This document shows, one piece after another, positions 27,201-40,329 of a stretch of DNA of 64,000 nucleotides (positions within the stretch are counted from its first letter, which is position 1; each line of letters opens with the position of its first letter). The stretch covers positions 409,324,001 through 409,388,000 of the forward strand of contig OZ024740.1 of assembly GCA_964016885.1 (NCBI GenBank). The letters run 5' to 3'. Both the position numbers and the translations under genes were made by a program. The notes below the pieces were generated by a model. That model was given only the letters and a program-made list of their open reading frames with translations. It was not told where the DNA came from and made no database searches. The DNA is from Eledone cirrhosa (taxonomy: Eukaryota).

Positions 27201-29225
27201 TGGTGCTATTGTTGGTGCTATTGTTGTTGCTATTGTTGGTGCTATTGTTGTTGCTATTGTTGGTGCTATTGTTGGTGCTATTGTTGTTGCTATTGTTGGT
27301 GCTATTGTTGTTGCTATTGTTGTTGCTATTGTTGGTGCTATTGTTGTTGCTATTGTTGATGCTATTGTTGTTGCTATTGTTGGTGCTATTGTTATTGCTA
27401 TTGTTGTTGCTATTGTTGTTGCTATTGTTGGTGCTATTGTTGTTGCTATTGTTGATGCTATTGTTGTTGCTATTGTTGTTGCTATTGTTGGTGCTATTGT
27501 TGTTGCTGTTGTTGGTGCTATTGTTGTTGCTATTGTTGGTGCTATTGTTGGTGCTATTGTTGTTGCTATTGTTGGTGCTATTGTTGGTGCTATTGTTGTT
27601 GCTATTATTGGTGCTATTGTTGTTACTATTGTTGGTGCTATTGTTGGTGCTATTGTTGATGCTATTGTTGGTGCTATTGTTGTTGCTATTGTTGGTGCTA
27701 TTGTTGGTGCTATTGTTGTTGCTATTGTTGGTGCTATTGTTGGTGCTATTGTTGGTGCTATTGTTGTTGCTATTGTTCGTGCTATTGTTGTTGCTATTGT
27801 TGGTGCTATTGTTGTTGCTATTGTTGTTGCTATTGTTGGTGCTATTGTTGTTGCTATTGTTGATGCTATTGTTGATGCTATTGTTGTTGCTATTGTTGTT
27901 GCTATTGTTGGTGCTACTGTTGGTGCTATTGTTGTTGTTATTGTTGGTGCTATTGTTGGTGCTATTGTTGTTGCTATTGTTGATGCTATTGTTGTTGCTA
28001 TTGTTGTTGCTATTGTTGGTGCTATTGTTGTTGCTATTGTTGGTGCTATTGTTGTTGCTATTGTTGGTGCTATTGTTGTTGCTATTGTTGGTGCTATTGT
28101 TGCTGCTATTGTTGGTGCTATTGTTGTTGCTATTGTTGTTGCTATTGTTGGTGCTATTGTTGGTGCTATTGTTGTTGCTATTGTTGTTGCTATTGTTGGT
28201 GCTATTGTTGTTGCTATTGTTGGTGCTATTGTTGTTGCTATTGTTAGTGCTATTGTTGGTGCTATTGTTGTTGCTATTGTTGTTGCTATTGTTGGTGCTA
28301 TTGTTGTTGCTATTGTTGGTGCTATTGTTGGTGCTATTGTTGTTGCTGTTGTTGTTGCTATTGTTGTTGCTATTGTTGTTGCTATTGTTGTTGCTATTGT
28401 TGTTACTATTGTTGTTACTATTGTTGGTGCTATTGTTGTTGCTATTGTTGATGCTATTGTTGGTGCTATTGTTGTTGCTATTGTTGGTGCTATTGTTGAT
28501 GCTATTGTTGGTGCTATTGTTGTTGCTATTGTTGTTACTATTGTTGTTACTATTGTTGTTGCTATTGTTGTTACTATTGTTCTGCTATTGTTGTTGCTAT
28601 TGTTGTTACTATTGTTGTTACTATTGTTCTGCTATTGTTGTTACTATTCTTGTTCATGCTGTTGTTGTTGCCATTTATGCAGTTCGTGCTTGTGTTGCAG
28701 TTATTTTTGTTGTTTGTTTCTGTTATATTTGTTGTTGTTGTCGGGGTAATGGAGGTAGTGGTGCTGTTAGTGTTTCCACTAGTCTCCTTCTTTTTGTTCA
28801 TTTTATTAATTTGTAGTTTTTGTCATGGTGCTGACGGTATTAAATATTTTTCTCTATCATATATTGTTGTTGTTGTTGCTGTTGGCGATGGTGACAGTGT
28901 TGCTGATGTATGTAGTGGTGTGAGTTACAGTGCTGCAGGTGGTGGTGTGGCTCACGCTATTGTCAACCTTTGTTTGACATGACTTTTTCGCTGTTTTGGT
29001 TGGATATGGAGGGGAGGTGCCGCTCATATAATTAAAAATTTTTAAAATGTTGTGGGTGTATTATGCAAATATAATAGCAATATTTGGGCACAAGGTCAAA
29101 ACATTATGGAGTTAACTTTTCTGGGAGCAATGCACGGCACCCTATTTACATTTTGTAACTAAACAAAATCCGTTTTAAAAACAGGTGAAAATGACAAACC
29201 TACAGGAGCCGACTCGATGTTTGAA
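24250..29225 (-). pseudogene. Second LINE 5' UTR and ORF1 N-terminus, hosting the giant minisatellite
   Basis: KVDNSVSHTTT matches KVDNSVTPITI at about 23197. The 5' motif ggctcc.gta.gtttgtc is shared. The repeat runs into NNTFAAIAAKA. Confidence 0.7.
24358..28645. repeat. 12-bp minisatellite (gctattgttgKt)n, about 350 units, with higher-order duplication
   Basis: Direct inspection. Lines 25081-25860 recur nearly identically 1200 bp later. Confidence 0.98.
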
Positions 29226-29599
29226 TCAAATAATTGTTTCTATTTTAGGCACAAGGCCGCAATTACTGGTACTTTATTTTATCGACCCCCGTAAGGATGA
29301 AAGGCAAAGTTAACCTCGGCAGGATTTGAACTCAGATCGTAAGGGACGTAAATATGCTGCAAAGCATGTCCGACCCTCTACCGATACTGCCAATTCACTG
29401 CCTATAAATAATAATAATGATTTCTTTATTGACCACAAAGAGTTTAAATCAATAAAAAACATTATGACAGTACATGGCGAAACCATAGAGTGTGTGTGTA
29501 TGTGTGTATGTGTGTATGTGTGTATGTGTGAGTGAGTTTTATGTGTAAACAAATTTCAACAATATTAAAAAATAGACAATAAAATTAAAACAAAGAAGG

Positions 29600-29785
29600 T
29601 TCCTCAATAAGGAGGAGACGTTCGAGGGTCATTCGCAGACAAGCCCCCCTCCCACACAAACGACTAATTTTCCTCCTCAATTGCAACTTGAAGAAGTTAA
29701 TCAGGGCCAAAGAGAAAAGTGCTCAACTTGAAACCTTTCAAGCGTGTCCACCATACAACCTCTTTCGCCATGACCACAAATGGCC
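29600..29785 (-). pseudogene. Tx1-type LINE ORF2 3' end fragment
   Basis: Minus strand encodes MAKEVVWWTRLKG, as at 31551. Confidence 0.75.
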
Positions 29786-30040
29786 TGCCCTACTACATAT
29801 ATACACGTATACACACATATATACATATACATACATATATATATACACATATATACACACATATACGTGCAGGTACACGCACATACAGGGGGCGGTGGAA
29901 CCGGGAGGGGGGGGGGGGCCTCCCCATAATTATATTTCTCTCCCAAAACTACCAAAACACATCTATTTGTATATGTGCTACAATTTATGTACATGTTATG
30001 TAGAGACAGATGGGATATATCTATCTATCTATCTATCTAG

Positions 30041-31840
30041 AGATGGTAGGGTGTAAACCTGGCTTCGATGGGGCCCTGCTCAGCTTGGATCAGTCTAAGG
30101 CTTTCGATAGGGTTGACCATCGTTACCTGGATGCGGTGCTCGAGGCGGCAGGCTTCGGACCCGTGTTCAGGGGCTGGATTGCTGCAATGCACAACAGCAA
30201 CATCTGCTCAAGGGTCCAGGTGAACGGCTACCTCTCGGAGCCGTTCCATTTCACGCGATCCATTCGACAGGGATGCCCTCTCTCCTCCCTCCTGTACGTA
30301 CTGACTCTCGAACCACTACTGCGGAAGTTGGAACTATTGCAGGGCATCCCTCTGAAACCGGGACTGTGGAAAGCGGCGTCGCCTACGCCAACGACATGAC
30401 AGTAATGGTGTCGAGCGCCTCGAAAATCGAGGAAGTCGGCACCTTACTAAAGGAATACGAAAGGTTTACAGGAGCGAAGCTGAACCGGGACAAGTCCATC
30501 GGTTTGCAACTCAGATCGTGGAGAGGCAAACCGATGCCTTTCGATGGCGTCGTCGGACGCTGGACGGAAGGACCGGTAAAGCTGCTCGGGGTCTGGTTTG
30601 GTCCGGACCTCCAGGTGGAGAAGAACTCGAACGAGGTGACGGCCAAGGTGTTTGCACTCACCCAGAAGTGGGCTGAGTGCAAACTATCCTTGAAAGGTCG
30701 AGCGGGGGTGGCGAACACTTTTATAGCGTCCTTCATCTACTACCGCTTGACCATCGTGCCTTGTCCAGCCAAAACGCTCACCAAAATGGAGCGCGCGCTC
30801 TTCCAATTCCTTTGGAAGAGGCAGGCTCCTTTGGTAAGAAGATCCATCTGCTGCCAACACCTTTCCAACGGAGGGCTGGGGATGCCATGGCTGATGATGC
30901 GCAAACACGCGCTCAAGCTGCGGCATCTCTACGTATTTCTCACCGGACAACCGGTGTGGGCCCCGTTCGTGAGGCGAGCCTTCCCATGATTCGTCTCACT
31001 GACCGAGCTGCAGTCCTGGGTCAAGCAAAGGCCGAGGAAAATGGGCGACTGGCACATCGAATGTGATCAGGCGCTCACAGCCCTCTGGCAGGCGGACCCG
31101 GCGATCAGTGGAGACTCCACTTCGTCATTCTACAGAGGGTTGGTCCACAGCAAGTGCGACGACGCGCTCGGTGAAACTCTAGGCGTAGAGGAAGACAAAC
31201 TGGCCAGTCTGTTCGGTAGGACCTTCCGCCCGGGACCGATAGACAACTTCCAAAAGTCCCTGGCCTGGCAGTGCTACCGAGGACCTCTACCAGTTCGAGA
31301 CAAGCTCTACAGACATGGGCGCCCGGGCATGGACCCTGCAAAAAAGATCTGTCCAAGGTGCGTGGGAGACGAAGAAACCCTCGCGCACGCATTCATATAC
31401 TGCCCGGGCGTTACCGACCTGTGGGGCTATGTAGAACGACTATTATCGCGGGTGCGACCTATCCGGTTGACCAGCGAGTCCATTGTGATGATCAAACCGC
31501 CACCCTCCTTCAAAAATGAAGGAAAGGTGGTTTTCCTTTGTGTGATAGCTATGGCGAAAGAGGTTGTATGGTGGACAAGGTTGAAAGGGCTGAGGTCAGA
31601 CATCTTTCTCTCCGACCAACAACTGATTCTTCTTTTCAAATACCACTTTGGAAGAAGAATCAGGATAGAGAGAGAGGTGCTGCACCCCATCAAGTTTTAT
31701 GAAAGGTGGGTGAAAGTGGCGAGAATGGCCCGAGTGAATGAGCCTTCTCTCTATATCAGCCTGTAGGTTGAGGAAAAAGAGGAGGAGAGGAAAGGGGTAC
31801 AAACTCTTTGTACTCCTGGAGATGAGGATTGCACATTTTT
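30041..31840 (+). pseudogene. 5'-truncated L1/Tx1-type LINE ORF2 (RT + C-terminal CCHC finger), frameshifted
   Basis: LDQSKAFDRVDH, IRQGCPLS, AYAND, GGLGMP and CPRC..EETLAHAFIYC. ORF ends at 31766. Confidence 0.92.
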
Positions 31841-31849
31841 TTCGGGGGC

Positions 31850-34265
31850 TGCTGACCGGTGAGGAATACCTGGAGGTGCCGTAGCCTTAATGCCTGTTTA
31901 CGCATCGTCATCCACGGCATCCCCAGCCCTCCGTTCGAAGGGTGTTGACCCTGGGCGAGTGCAAACACCTTGCCCGTTACCTCGTCCCAGTTTTTTCCGG
32001 TCCGAACCAGACCCCTAGCAGCTTCACCGGTCCCTCCGTCCAGCATTCGACGATGCCGTCGGAGGGCATCGTTTTGCCCCTCCACGTCCCGAGTCGCAAA
32101 CCGACGGACTTGTCCCGGTTCAGCTTGGCTCCTGTGAACCTTTCATATTCCTCCAGTAAGGTGCCGATCTGCCCGATTTCCGAGGCGCACGACACCATTA
32201 CTGTCACGTCATCGGCGTAGGCCGACACCGCTTTCCGCAATCCCGGTTCCAAGGGGATGCCCTGCAACAGCTCCAGCTTCCGCAGTAGTGGCTCGAGAGC
32301 CAGCACATACAGGAGGGAGGAGAGAGGGCATCCCTGTCGGATGGATCGCGTGATTTGGAACGGCTCCGAGAGGTAGGCGTTCACCTTGACCCTCGAGCAG
32401 GTGTTGCTGCTGTGCATTGCAGCAATCCAGCCCCTGAAAACGGGTCCGAAGCCTGCCGCCGCGAGCACCGCATCCAGGTACCGATGGTCAACCCTATCGA
32501 ACGCCTTAGATTGATCCAAGTTGATCAGGGCCCCACCAAAGCCGGGTTCGTTCCCTACCCTCTCTACGATGTATCACATGAGGTGGAGGTTGTCGTGTAT
32601 GGACCTGGACGGGATTGCGCATGTCTGCGCTTGTCCCACCAGGTTCCCGACGAAAAGCGCCAACCTCTTCGCTAACACCTTGGCCAAAATCTTTAACTCT
32701 GTGTTTAGCAGAGTTATGGGCCTGAAGTTATCTCTGTCATCCCCCTTGTTCTCGTCCTTCCTCACCAGCGTGACTACGCCCTTGGTCACAGAACTGGGAA
32801 TTCTCCCGTTCTGTTGCCAGTTGCAGTAGACCGCCTCGAGGAGACCCGAGAACAAGCCCGGCATCGCTACATAAAGTTCGTATAGTAGACCCGGAGATTT
32901 GCGTTTGCCGCAATGGCTCAGCGCTTCCCCTATTTCAGCGGCTGAAATCGGCCTCTCGCAGGTCTTCGCCTCCCCGTCCGAGAGCCGCGCCAGACCGTCG
33001 AGGTATGGACCGAAATCCATGGCCCCACCCGGCCCGCCGCCCCTCCCGAACAGTCGTGCAAAGCGCCGTTGAAAGGCCGCGCTCATCCGCTCAGGTTCAA
33101 GGATCACGCGTCCATCCTGGTCCTTCAAAGACCGAATCGTGGACTTGTTTCCACTTTTTGCCTCTGTCACTCGGGCCCAGCTAACAGCTTTGGCTCCCTC
33201 GTTACCCAGAGCACGTATTTTACTCCTGACAACGCAGCCGTCGTGCTCCGCATCAAAGAACTGGTCTAGGGCCGTTCTTGACGCCAGCACGCCGGCCACG
33301 TTGCCACTCCTAATCGCCTCGTCTACTTTATTTATTAATTCCTTTTCAGTTCTATTCCTATCTGATGCTAATTCCCGACTAAAACCTATCGATTCTATTC
33401 TAATTTCTCTCTTAAGAGAGCCCCACCACCTGCTGTTGACAATTGACCCGTCAAACGCTGCTTAACTAGTGTGCTAATCCGCTTACTGTAAGCTTTGTTT
33501 GTCGGTAAAGACAAGTTTAGCTTCCTGTAACCGGGTCCCTGTCTATGAATTCTATCAAGGTTGACCACTCCGGTCACCAACTTGTGATCCGAATAGTCAA
33601 CCATGAACATTCGTGGACAGCTTAATATGTCCCTATCCTTATTTCTAACTAGGAACCTCTCTAGGTACGACCTAGATGTTCCGCTGCGATTAGTCCACGT
33701 CCGACAGTGGCACAGTCGGAAAATCTAGTCGATATCTATCGGCCAGATCAAATCGGCCGATTAATCGTTTGAGGCTGTTACACCCCCATCTATCGGGACA
33801 TGCTCCTACATAGTCCCAACGTGCATCCAGGATACCATTCCAGTCCCCCACTAAAAGCAAGGAGCGAGACGTTCCCAGGAAATTCTCCAGGCGTCGGAAG
33901 AAGTCCGGTCGCGGTGTCCCAAATGGGGCATACGCTGCCACCAGCCTGAAAGCTCCACCTTCACCACTGCCGACCTCTAAAACCACCAGTCGACCCTCCG
34001 GGTCCAGGTGTACCTTCTGTGTGGCAAGACCCAGGTATTTTCGCAGCAGAACGATAACCCCACCCCCACCCCTCGGCTGACAGAGAGATGCGTAGATCTC
34101 AAAGTCGTCGAAGATGGGGGCCAGTTGGCGCTCGCTGCTGATCCTGGACTCGCAAATAACCATTACATCCACTCTGTGCGACCTGAGGTCATTTAAGAGT
34201 TTGCCCTGTTTCCAGGACATCCCCAGGCCGCGTGCATTCACACATCCAACTCTTATATTGGCCAT
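31850..34265 (-). pseudogene. L1/Tx1-type LINE ORF2: APE endonuclease + RT, 3'-truncated, frameshifted
   Basis: MANIRVGCVNARGL, GDWN, SDHKLV, FRPITLLNTELKILAK, DQSKAFDRV, QGCPLS, YADD. Confidence 0.93.
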
Positions 34266-34289
34266 GTTGGTGCTGAAGAGTTAAAAAGG

Positions 34290-36345
34290 AAGAGGAAAGG
34301 AAATTACTTACCTCTTCGTCTCCTGGGAACCAGGCTACACAATTTCCATGGGGGTGTTGGAAGGGTTGTTTAGTGGGGTGGTGGTTTGTGGAGGGAGGAC
34401 ATCAGTGTGTGGTGGGATTAGGGTGTTTGGTGGGGTGTGGTTGTCTGGTGTGGGGTGGGGAATCATCTCAATAGGACGTGGTTAAATGGTTTGGTGCAGT
34501 TGGTCCCCACATGCATTGGATGGTTCTTTTCCAAAGTTACATAGGTTTCCGTTGGGACCCTAATCATCATTAGGTGCGGTTTGTTCGCTGCGTAGGTGAA
34601 AGTGATCCCTTCGGTTTCCACCGAAGGGTTATTTTCTATTGCTTTCATCAAAGTTTTATTGTTCTTGTTAATGTATGTATAGAGTTTTTGTTGTGTTGTG
34701 TTTGTTTTTGTTTGTTGTTCTTGTGCGTGTTTGCGTTTTGTAGTATGTGTTATGTTTTGGGGAGGGGTGGGTTTTTTTGTTTGTGATGTTTGTTCTGTTT
34801 GTGCTGGTGGTTGTGTGTTTGTAGCATTTTTGTTAATGTGGTGCCTTTTTTTTTCCTTTTCACCTGTTGAAAGGGTTCTCCCCCGTCGTCACTGGGTGAC
34901 GTTGATACGGAGTCCTCTTCCGTATTGTTGGGCAGGGGTATATTTTGGGGTTTTGTTGTGGTTGCTTTTGTATTTGTTTTAGGTGAGGAGGGGTTGGGTG
35001 GAACAGTGTTTTGTGTTGTTATTTTTCCGTGTTGTTGTTGTTGTTGTTGTTGTTGTTATTGTTGTTGTTGTTGTTGTTGTGGTGGTGGTGGTGGTGGTGG
35101 TGGTTGTGTTGTTGTGTTCGGGGTTGGCAGAAGAGCCTTTTTTTTTACTCGTTAATTGAGGACAGGCAGCCCTCAGGTGACCCCTGCTTAAGCAGTGGTA
35201 ACATGACGGCCGCCTTCCTTCCACTGAAATGTTTATATAAGTTAGCCCGTCCAGAGGCACGCGTTGTGGGATATTCGCTATTCGTTCTGGGCTCATTTGC
35301 ACCAGAACTTCTACGCTGGTCCCACCAAATACACCCCCGGAGGACTTTCCTATTGAAATTATCTTGTCTTCATCAAAGTCAATGATTCCACATAGTATCC
35401 ACCAAATATTTACATTTGGTGTGATACTCATTATTTTTATTCTTTGTGTCCTTTTTCCCCTGTATGTGGGGAAAAAGGTGAAGCGGGGGGACACAATGGG
35501 TGATGCCGAGTATTTTTGTGCTGTTGACTGGTTGTTAATTAGCACCGAAATGCTACCAAACAGTTTACCTTTTTGTATGAAGGTTATGCCCTTCATTGCA
35601 TCTTTTAGAACCAGCTCAATTTCATTTTGTGATAATTGAGCTGGTTTTCTTGTTTCGTTCGATATTGTCCTGAAAACGACAGTTTTCAGGACAGCCTCTC
35701 TACGTAATTCCTGTGGAGAATTGATGCTAAAAGCACCGTTTTCGCCAAAAGCCACGAATTGTTTTGCGTCTTGTAATAGTTATTTAGCATTTGTTATGTT
35801 TATTGGCGTGTATAGTTCGTTTTTTTTTACAGTCTGTGCGAATGTTGTTTTGGTGTTGTTGTCTTTTTTATTGCTGCTGTTGTTGTCACTGTTGGTAATA
35901 TTGTTCATGTTTTCCTTGGTGTTGCTATTGTTGCAATTGTTGGTTGTGGTGTTATTGTCATTGTTCTTGTTGTTGGTGGTGGTATTATTTACCGGGTTTG
36001 GTTTCGTGGTTTCAATATTTTCAACGTTTTTCGATAATGCGAGGGGGAAGGCTGCAAGCTTTGTACTCATACCTTCCCTCCACCACTTTTCTTAGTGTGC
36101 GTGGCACTCACGACAGAGTGCGAAGTGGAAATGGCATCCATTGCTGAATACCAAGTCTACACAGTTTTGAGATGAAAATGAAAATTTCGCCCCAGAAAGG
36201 GGCGAAAATTAGTTGACTGAACGTCTGACGGCCCAGGCAAGGGGTTAACTAAACAATGCTATTAAATTGAGCAATGAACTCACAGTTTTTTTTGACAATA
36301 ATCCATAAAAATCCGGAGCGAAGTAATTCACGTCTATATCAAGTG
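34290..36345 (-). pseudogene. LINE 5' UTR and ORF1 with Asn/Thr-rich regions and a gag-type zinc knuckle
   Basis: CYHCLSRGHLRAAC (CX2CX4HX4C) in ORF 34979-35755, directly upstream of ORF2. Confidence 0.85.
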
Positions 36346-36715
36346 GTAATTGATATAGAGAGGAATATTGGAAGAGAATTCCGTGTAATAGATATATAGA
36401 GCGGGAGAATTTGGTGTTAATTGATATAGAGAGGGGGATTGGAAGAGAGTTCCGTGTAGTCGATATAGAGAGAGTGCCGCGTAGTCGATATAGAGAGGGT
36501 GAGAGTTTTGGGTGATTGATATACAGAGGGAAATTAGGAGAGATAAGTGTAGATATGTATAGAGAGTGAGAGAATGTAATAGTCGTAGATATAGAGAGTG
36601 GGATAAGAGAGGTGGTGTCGTTGTAAATATAGAGAGGGGTAGAGTTTGGTTTTAGTAGATACAGAGAAGGGGATTAAAAGAGAGTTTTGTGTGATAGAGA
36701 GGAGGAGAGTTTGGT
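36345..36715. repeat. Degenerate tandem repeat of gatatagagag-containing units (about 30 bp)
   Basis: Recurrent (a/t)gatatagagag..gagagtt motif abutting the LINE 5' end. Confidence 0.7.
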
Positions 36716-37239
36716 GGCACTCTCGGGTCCCAAATAACAGGAGAGGTAGCATTAATAAGGGGTCTTGGGACATCAGTAGTTGTATAGTATACGTTCGTAA
36801 ATATGGGATTTCTTGTAATGTTTTTCCTTTGTCATATATAATGTTTTTTTAATGTAAAATAAATTTATTATTAGATTCTCCAGCTGCTGTATCAATATGA
36901 ATCACTTACAATAAAATTTCGCTGGAGATAGATTAGCAAAGTTTAATAAGCGGGTTAGGAGTGGGGTGGAATAAAAACCGAGCGAGTGTGTAGAAAAATC
37001 TGACAAATTAATAAGTGGGGGCGGGGACGATTATTCAAGACATGAGAGTACGTGAATTATTGACGGACGTAAGAATGGAAACTCAATACTGAAGTAGAGT
37101 TTACATATTCATTTATTATAGCTAAGCTTGTTACTCTGGAGTCTCACCTGCGTACTCACCAGAGAGGACTGGTGATCCTGTGAGTGCGCAGGTGAAATTT
37201 TAGAGTAACAAAGCTCACCAATAGCCATAATAAATGAAA

Positions 37240-37282
<43 letters not shown>

Positions 37283-37862
37283 GTTATACTTGAGGGTCAT
37301 ATTGTTGTAATAATGGTTTCTTATATAGGCACAAGGACAGTAATTTGGGGGGAGGGGAAAGTCGATTAAATAATTGATTGACTAACGGTTATATATATAT
37401 ATATATATATATATAGAATAAGGAAAAGCGAAGTAGTTTCAGATGTTCAAGTTCTTTAATAATAATTGTTTCTACTTTAGGCACAAGGCCAGCAATTTCA
37501 TTACTGGTACTTTATTTTATCGACCCCGTAAGGATGAAAGGCAAAGTCAACCTCGGCGGGATTTGAACTCAGATCATAAAGGGACGTAACTATGCTGGAA
37601 AGTATGGCGTCCGACCCTCTACCGATACTGCCAATCCACCGCCCTTTAATAATTGTTTCTATTTTTGGCACAAGGCCAGCGATTACCCAGTGCATTACTG
37701 GTACTTTATTTTATCGACCTCGTAAGGATGAAAGGCAAAGTTAACCTCGGCGAGAATTGAACTCAGAATGGCAAGGGCCGTAACTCTATGCGTCAAAGCA
37801 TGGCGTCCGACCCTCTACCGATACTGCCAATCCACCGCCATCCACCGCCCTTTAATAATAAT

Positions 37863-37936
37863 GCTGTGATATATATTTCAGTGACGACACTGGCCACACT
37901 GTTCTGTGTGCGAGTGTCGTGTCATCATCAGACAGC
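37863..37936 (-). ncRNA. Type I minimal hammerhead ribozyme
   Basis: Minus strand: gctgt CTGATGA tgac-[long hairpin]-gtca-ct GAAA tatata TC acagc. Confidence 0.8.
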
Positions 37937-37991
37937 TTGTTACATAATAAGGTTATGTTTCCGAGGCAATCCAAATTGGATCGAAATGGGA

Positions 37992-38069
<78 letters not shown>

Positions 38070-38352
38070 CCGTTAGTCAATCAATGATAAACGTTGATTG
38101 CCAAATAAATTAGATACAGAAGAGAAAACCAACCAAACAGTGAGTGTGTTCTATTATTATTTCTGGCAATATTATTACAATATGGAGGGCGGTGTATTGG
38201 CAGTATCGGTAGAGGGTCGGACGCCATCTTTGCAGCATAGAGTTACGGTCTTTATGATCTGAGCTCAAATCCCGCCGAGGTTAATATATATATATATATA
38301 TGAATGTACGTGTTGTATATTTAAAAATATACTGTATGTTTATTTTAAAACA

Positions 38353-38417
38353 TTTTGAAAGCTTTTCGCTATGAATTTAAGGTAGTGACTATAGTCACAT
38401 ATCTAGCTTCAGCAAAA
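38353..38417 (-). ncRNA. Hammerhead-like motif with shortened core
   Basis: Minus strand: ttttg CTGAA gcta..tagc GAAA agct TT caaaa. All stems are present but the GA of CUGANGA is missing. Confidence 0.45.
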
Positions 38418-38518
38418 ACAAAGGGAAATAACCGACGAACGTTTCTCGCTGTTAAGCGGTTATCAAAGTTATATATCAATCTGCTTCTATAGCTCAGATA
38501 GCAAACATTATATATATA

Positions 38519-38746
38519 CAGTGGTGGTGGAACTAGGGAGGGGGCTGTCCCCCCCCCCCATAGTTATATTTTCTCTCCAAACTACCAAAACACACATCTA
38601 TTTGGATATGCGCTACAATTTATGTACATATGTTTATCGCCTATCGAAGTTTTCTGACCCTTTTAGATTGCTAAGAGCTTAACTAATCACTACAACTAGA
38701 GTGTCCAAATTTGCCTTAAGATTCAGAAATGCTTCCAACACCCCTG
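38519..38746. mobile_element. MITE with imperfect CAG(G/T)GG(C/T)GGTGGAA TIRs in TA-rich sites
   Basis: Reverse copy at 60852-61084, partial copies at 29886-30000 and about 16080-16170. Confidence 0.7.
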
Positions 38747-39858
38747 CATGTACATACATATACATGCATACAAGGATAAAAACATATATACATACATACG
38801 GATAAGATATACATACATATACATATATAAATGTGTCTACTTTTGGCACAAGGACAGCAAATACCCCAATGTATTATTGGTGCTTTATTTTATTAATCCC
38901 ATAAGGATGAAAGGCAAAGTTAACTTTGACGGGATTTGAACTCAGGTCATAAAGGGCCGTAACTCTATGCTGCAAAGCATGGCGTCCGACGTTCTGTCGA
39001 TACTGCCAATGGTATAAAGATAGAATGTTCTTAGCTAGCACATCATAACGTATATTATCAGCATATTGTCTGTACTACCCGTTAGGATGTCGGGCTGTAA
39101 TGCAAGAAAGTTCTATACAATTTGTGCTTATAATTTCGGCTTGAAAGCACAAAACTTTCTTGTATAAACCTTTCTTGTATTACAGCCCGATTGGCAGTAT
39201 CGGTAGAGAGTCGGATGCTATGCTTTGCAGCACAGAGTTACGACCCTTTACAGTCTCAGTTCAAATCCCACCGAGGTTAACTTTGCCTTTCATCCTTACG
39301 GAGTCAATAAAATAAAGCACCAGTAATACATTGGGGATGGTGCTGGCCTTGTGCCCCAAAAAGTAGAAACAATTATATCCCAACGGATAGTACGGACAAT
39401 AACGTATCATATACGTTATGATGTGGTAGCTAAACACATTCTATCTTTATACCGCGGTGGATTGGCAGTATCGGTGGAGAGTCAGACACCATGCTTTCCA
39501 GCATAGTTACGTCCCTTTACGGGGTCGATAAAATAAAGTACCAGTAATGCACTGGGTAATTTGCTGGCCTTGTGCCTAAAGTAGAAACAATTATTTATAT
39601 CAGCAGTGGGCGGTGGATTGGCAGTACCGGTAGAGGGTCGGACGCTATGCTTTGACGCATATTGTTACATCCCTTGCCATTCTGAGTTCAAATCCCGCCG
39701 AGGTTAACTTTGCCTTTCATCCTTACGCGGTCGATAAAATAAAGTACCAGTAATGCACTGGGACGTGGTATGACTTTATCTTACATCGTATACACACAAT
39801 ATATATATATATACATACACATATATACATATATACATATATATACACATATACACAT

Positions 39859-39901
<43 letters not shown>

Positions 39902-39931
39902 CGTGTGTGTGTGTGTGTTTGGACGTATATG

Positions 39932-39976
<45 letters not shown>

Positions 39977-40329
39977 ATGTGTATATGTGTATATATATGT
40001 ATATATGTATATATGTGTATGTATATATATATATATATTGTGTGTATACGATGTAAGATAAAGTCATACCACGTCCCTAACAACTTTGTACTAGCCACAG
40101 TCTGTAAAATAGATTCTCTGAATCTGTCTGTAAATATCGCTGTTAGTCTAGCTATGAGAATCTTTTCTGTGATTCAACTCCAGCAGTTAATGGAATATTG
40201 CTGTGGTCTCTACCACAAGTCTATGGTTGGGTATAATCATCCCCATATCTCTTCTTTAATTAACACAGTATTCAATTTAAACCATTTAGGTCAATAAATA
40301 GCTCTATAAGTTTACCATTGTGAAGACAG

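Noticed and set aside
24175-28816. 1524-aa and 1503-aa hydrophobic ORFs (IVVA/IVGA, poly-Leu)
   Set aside because: Antisense read-through of a stop-free 12-bp minisatellite; flanking homology places the coding sense on the minus strand.
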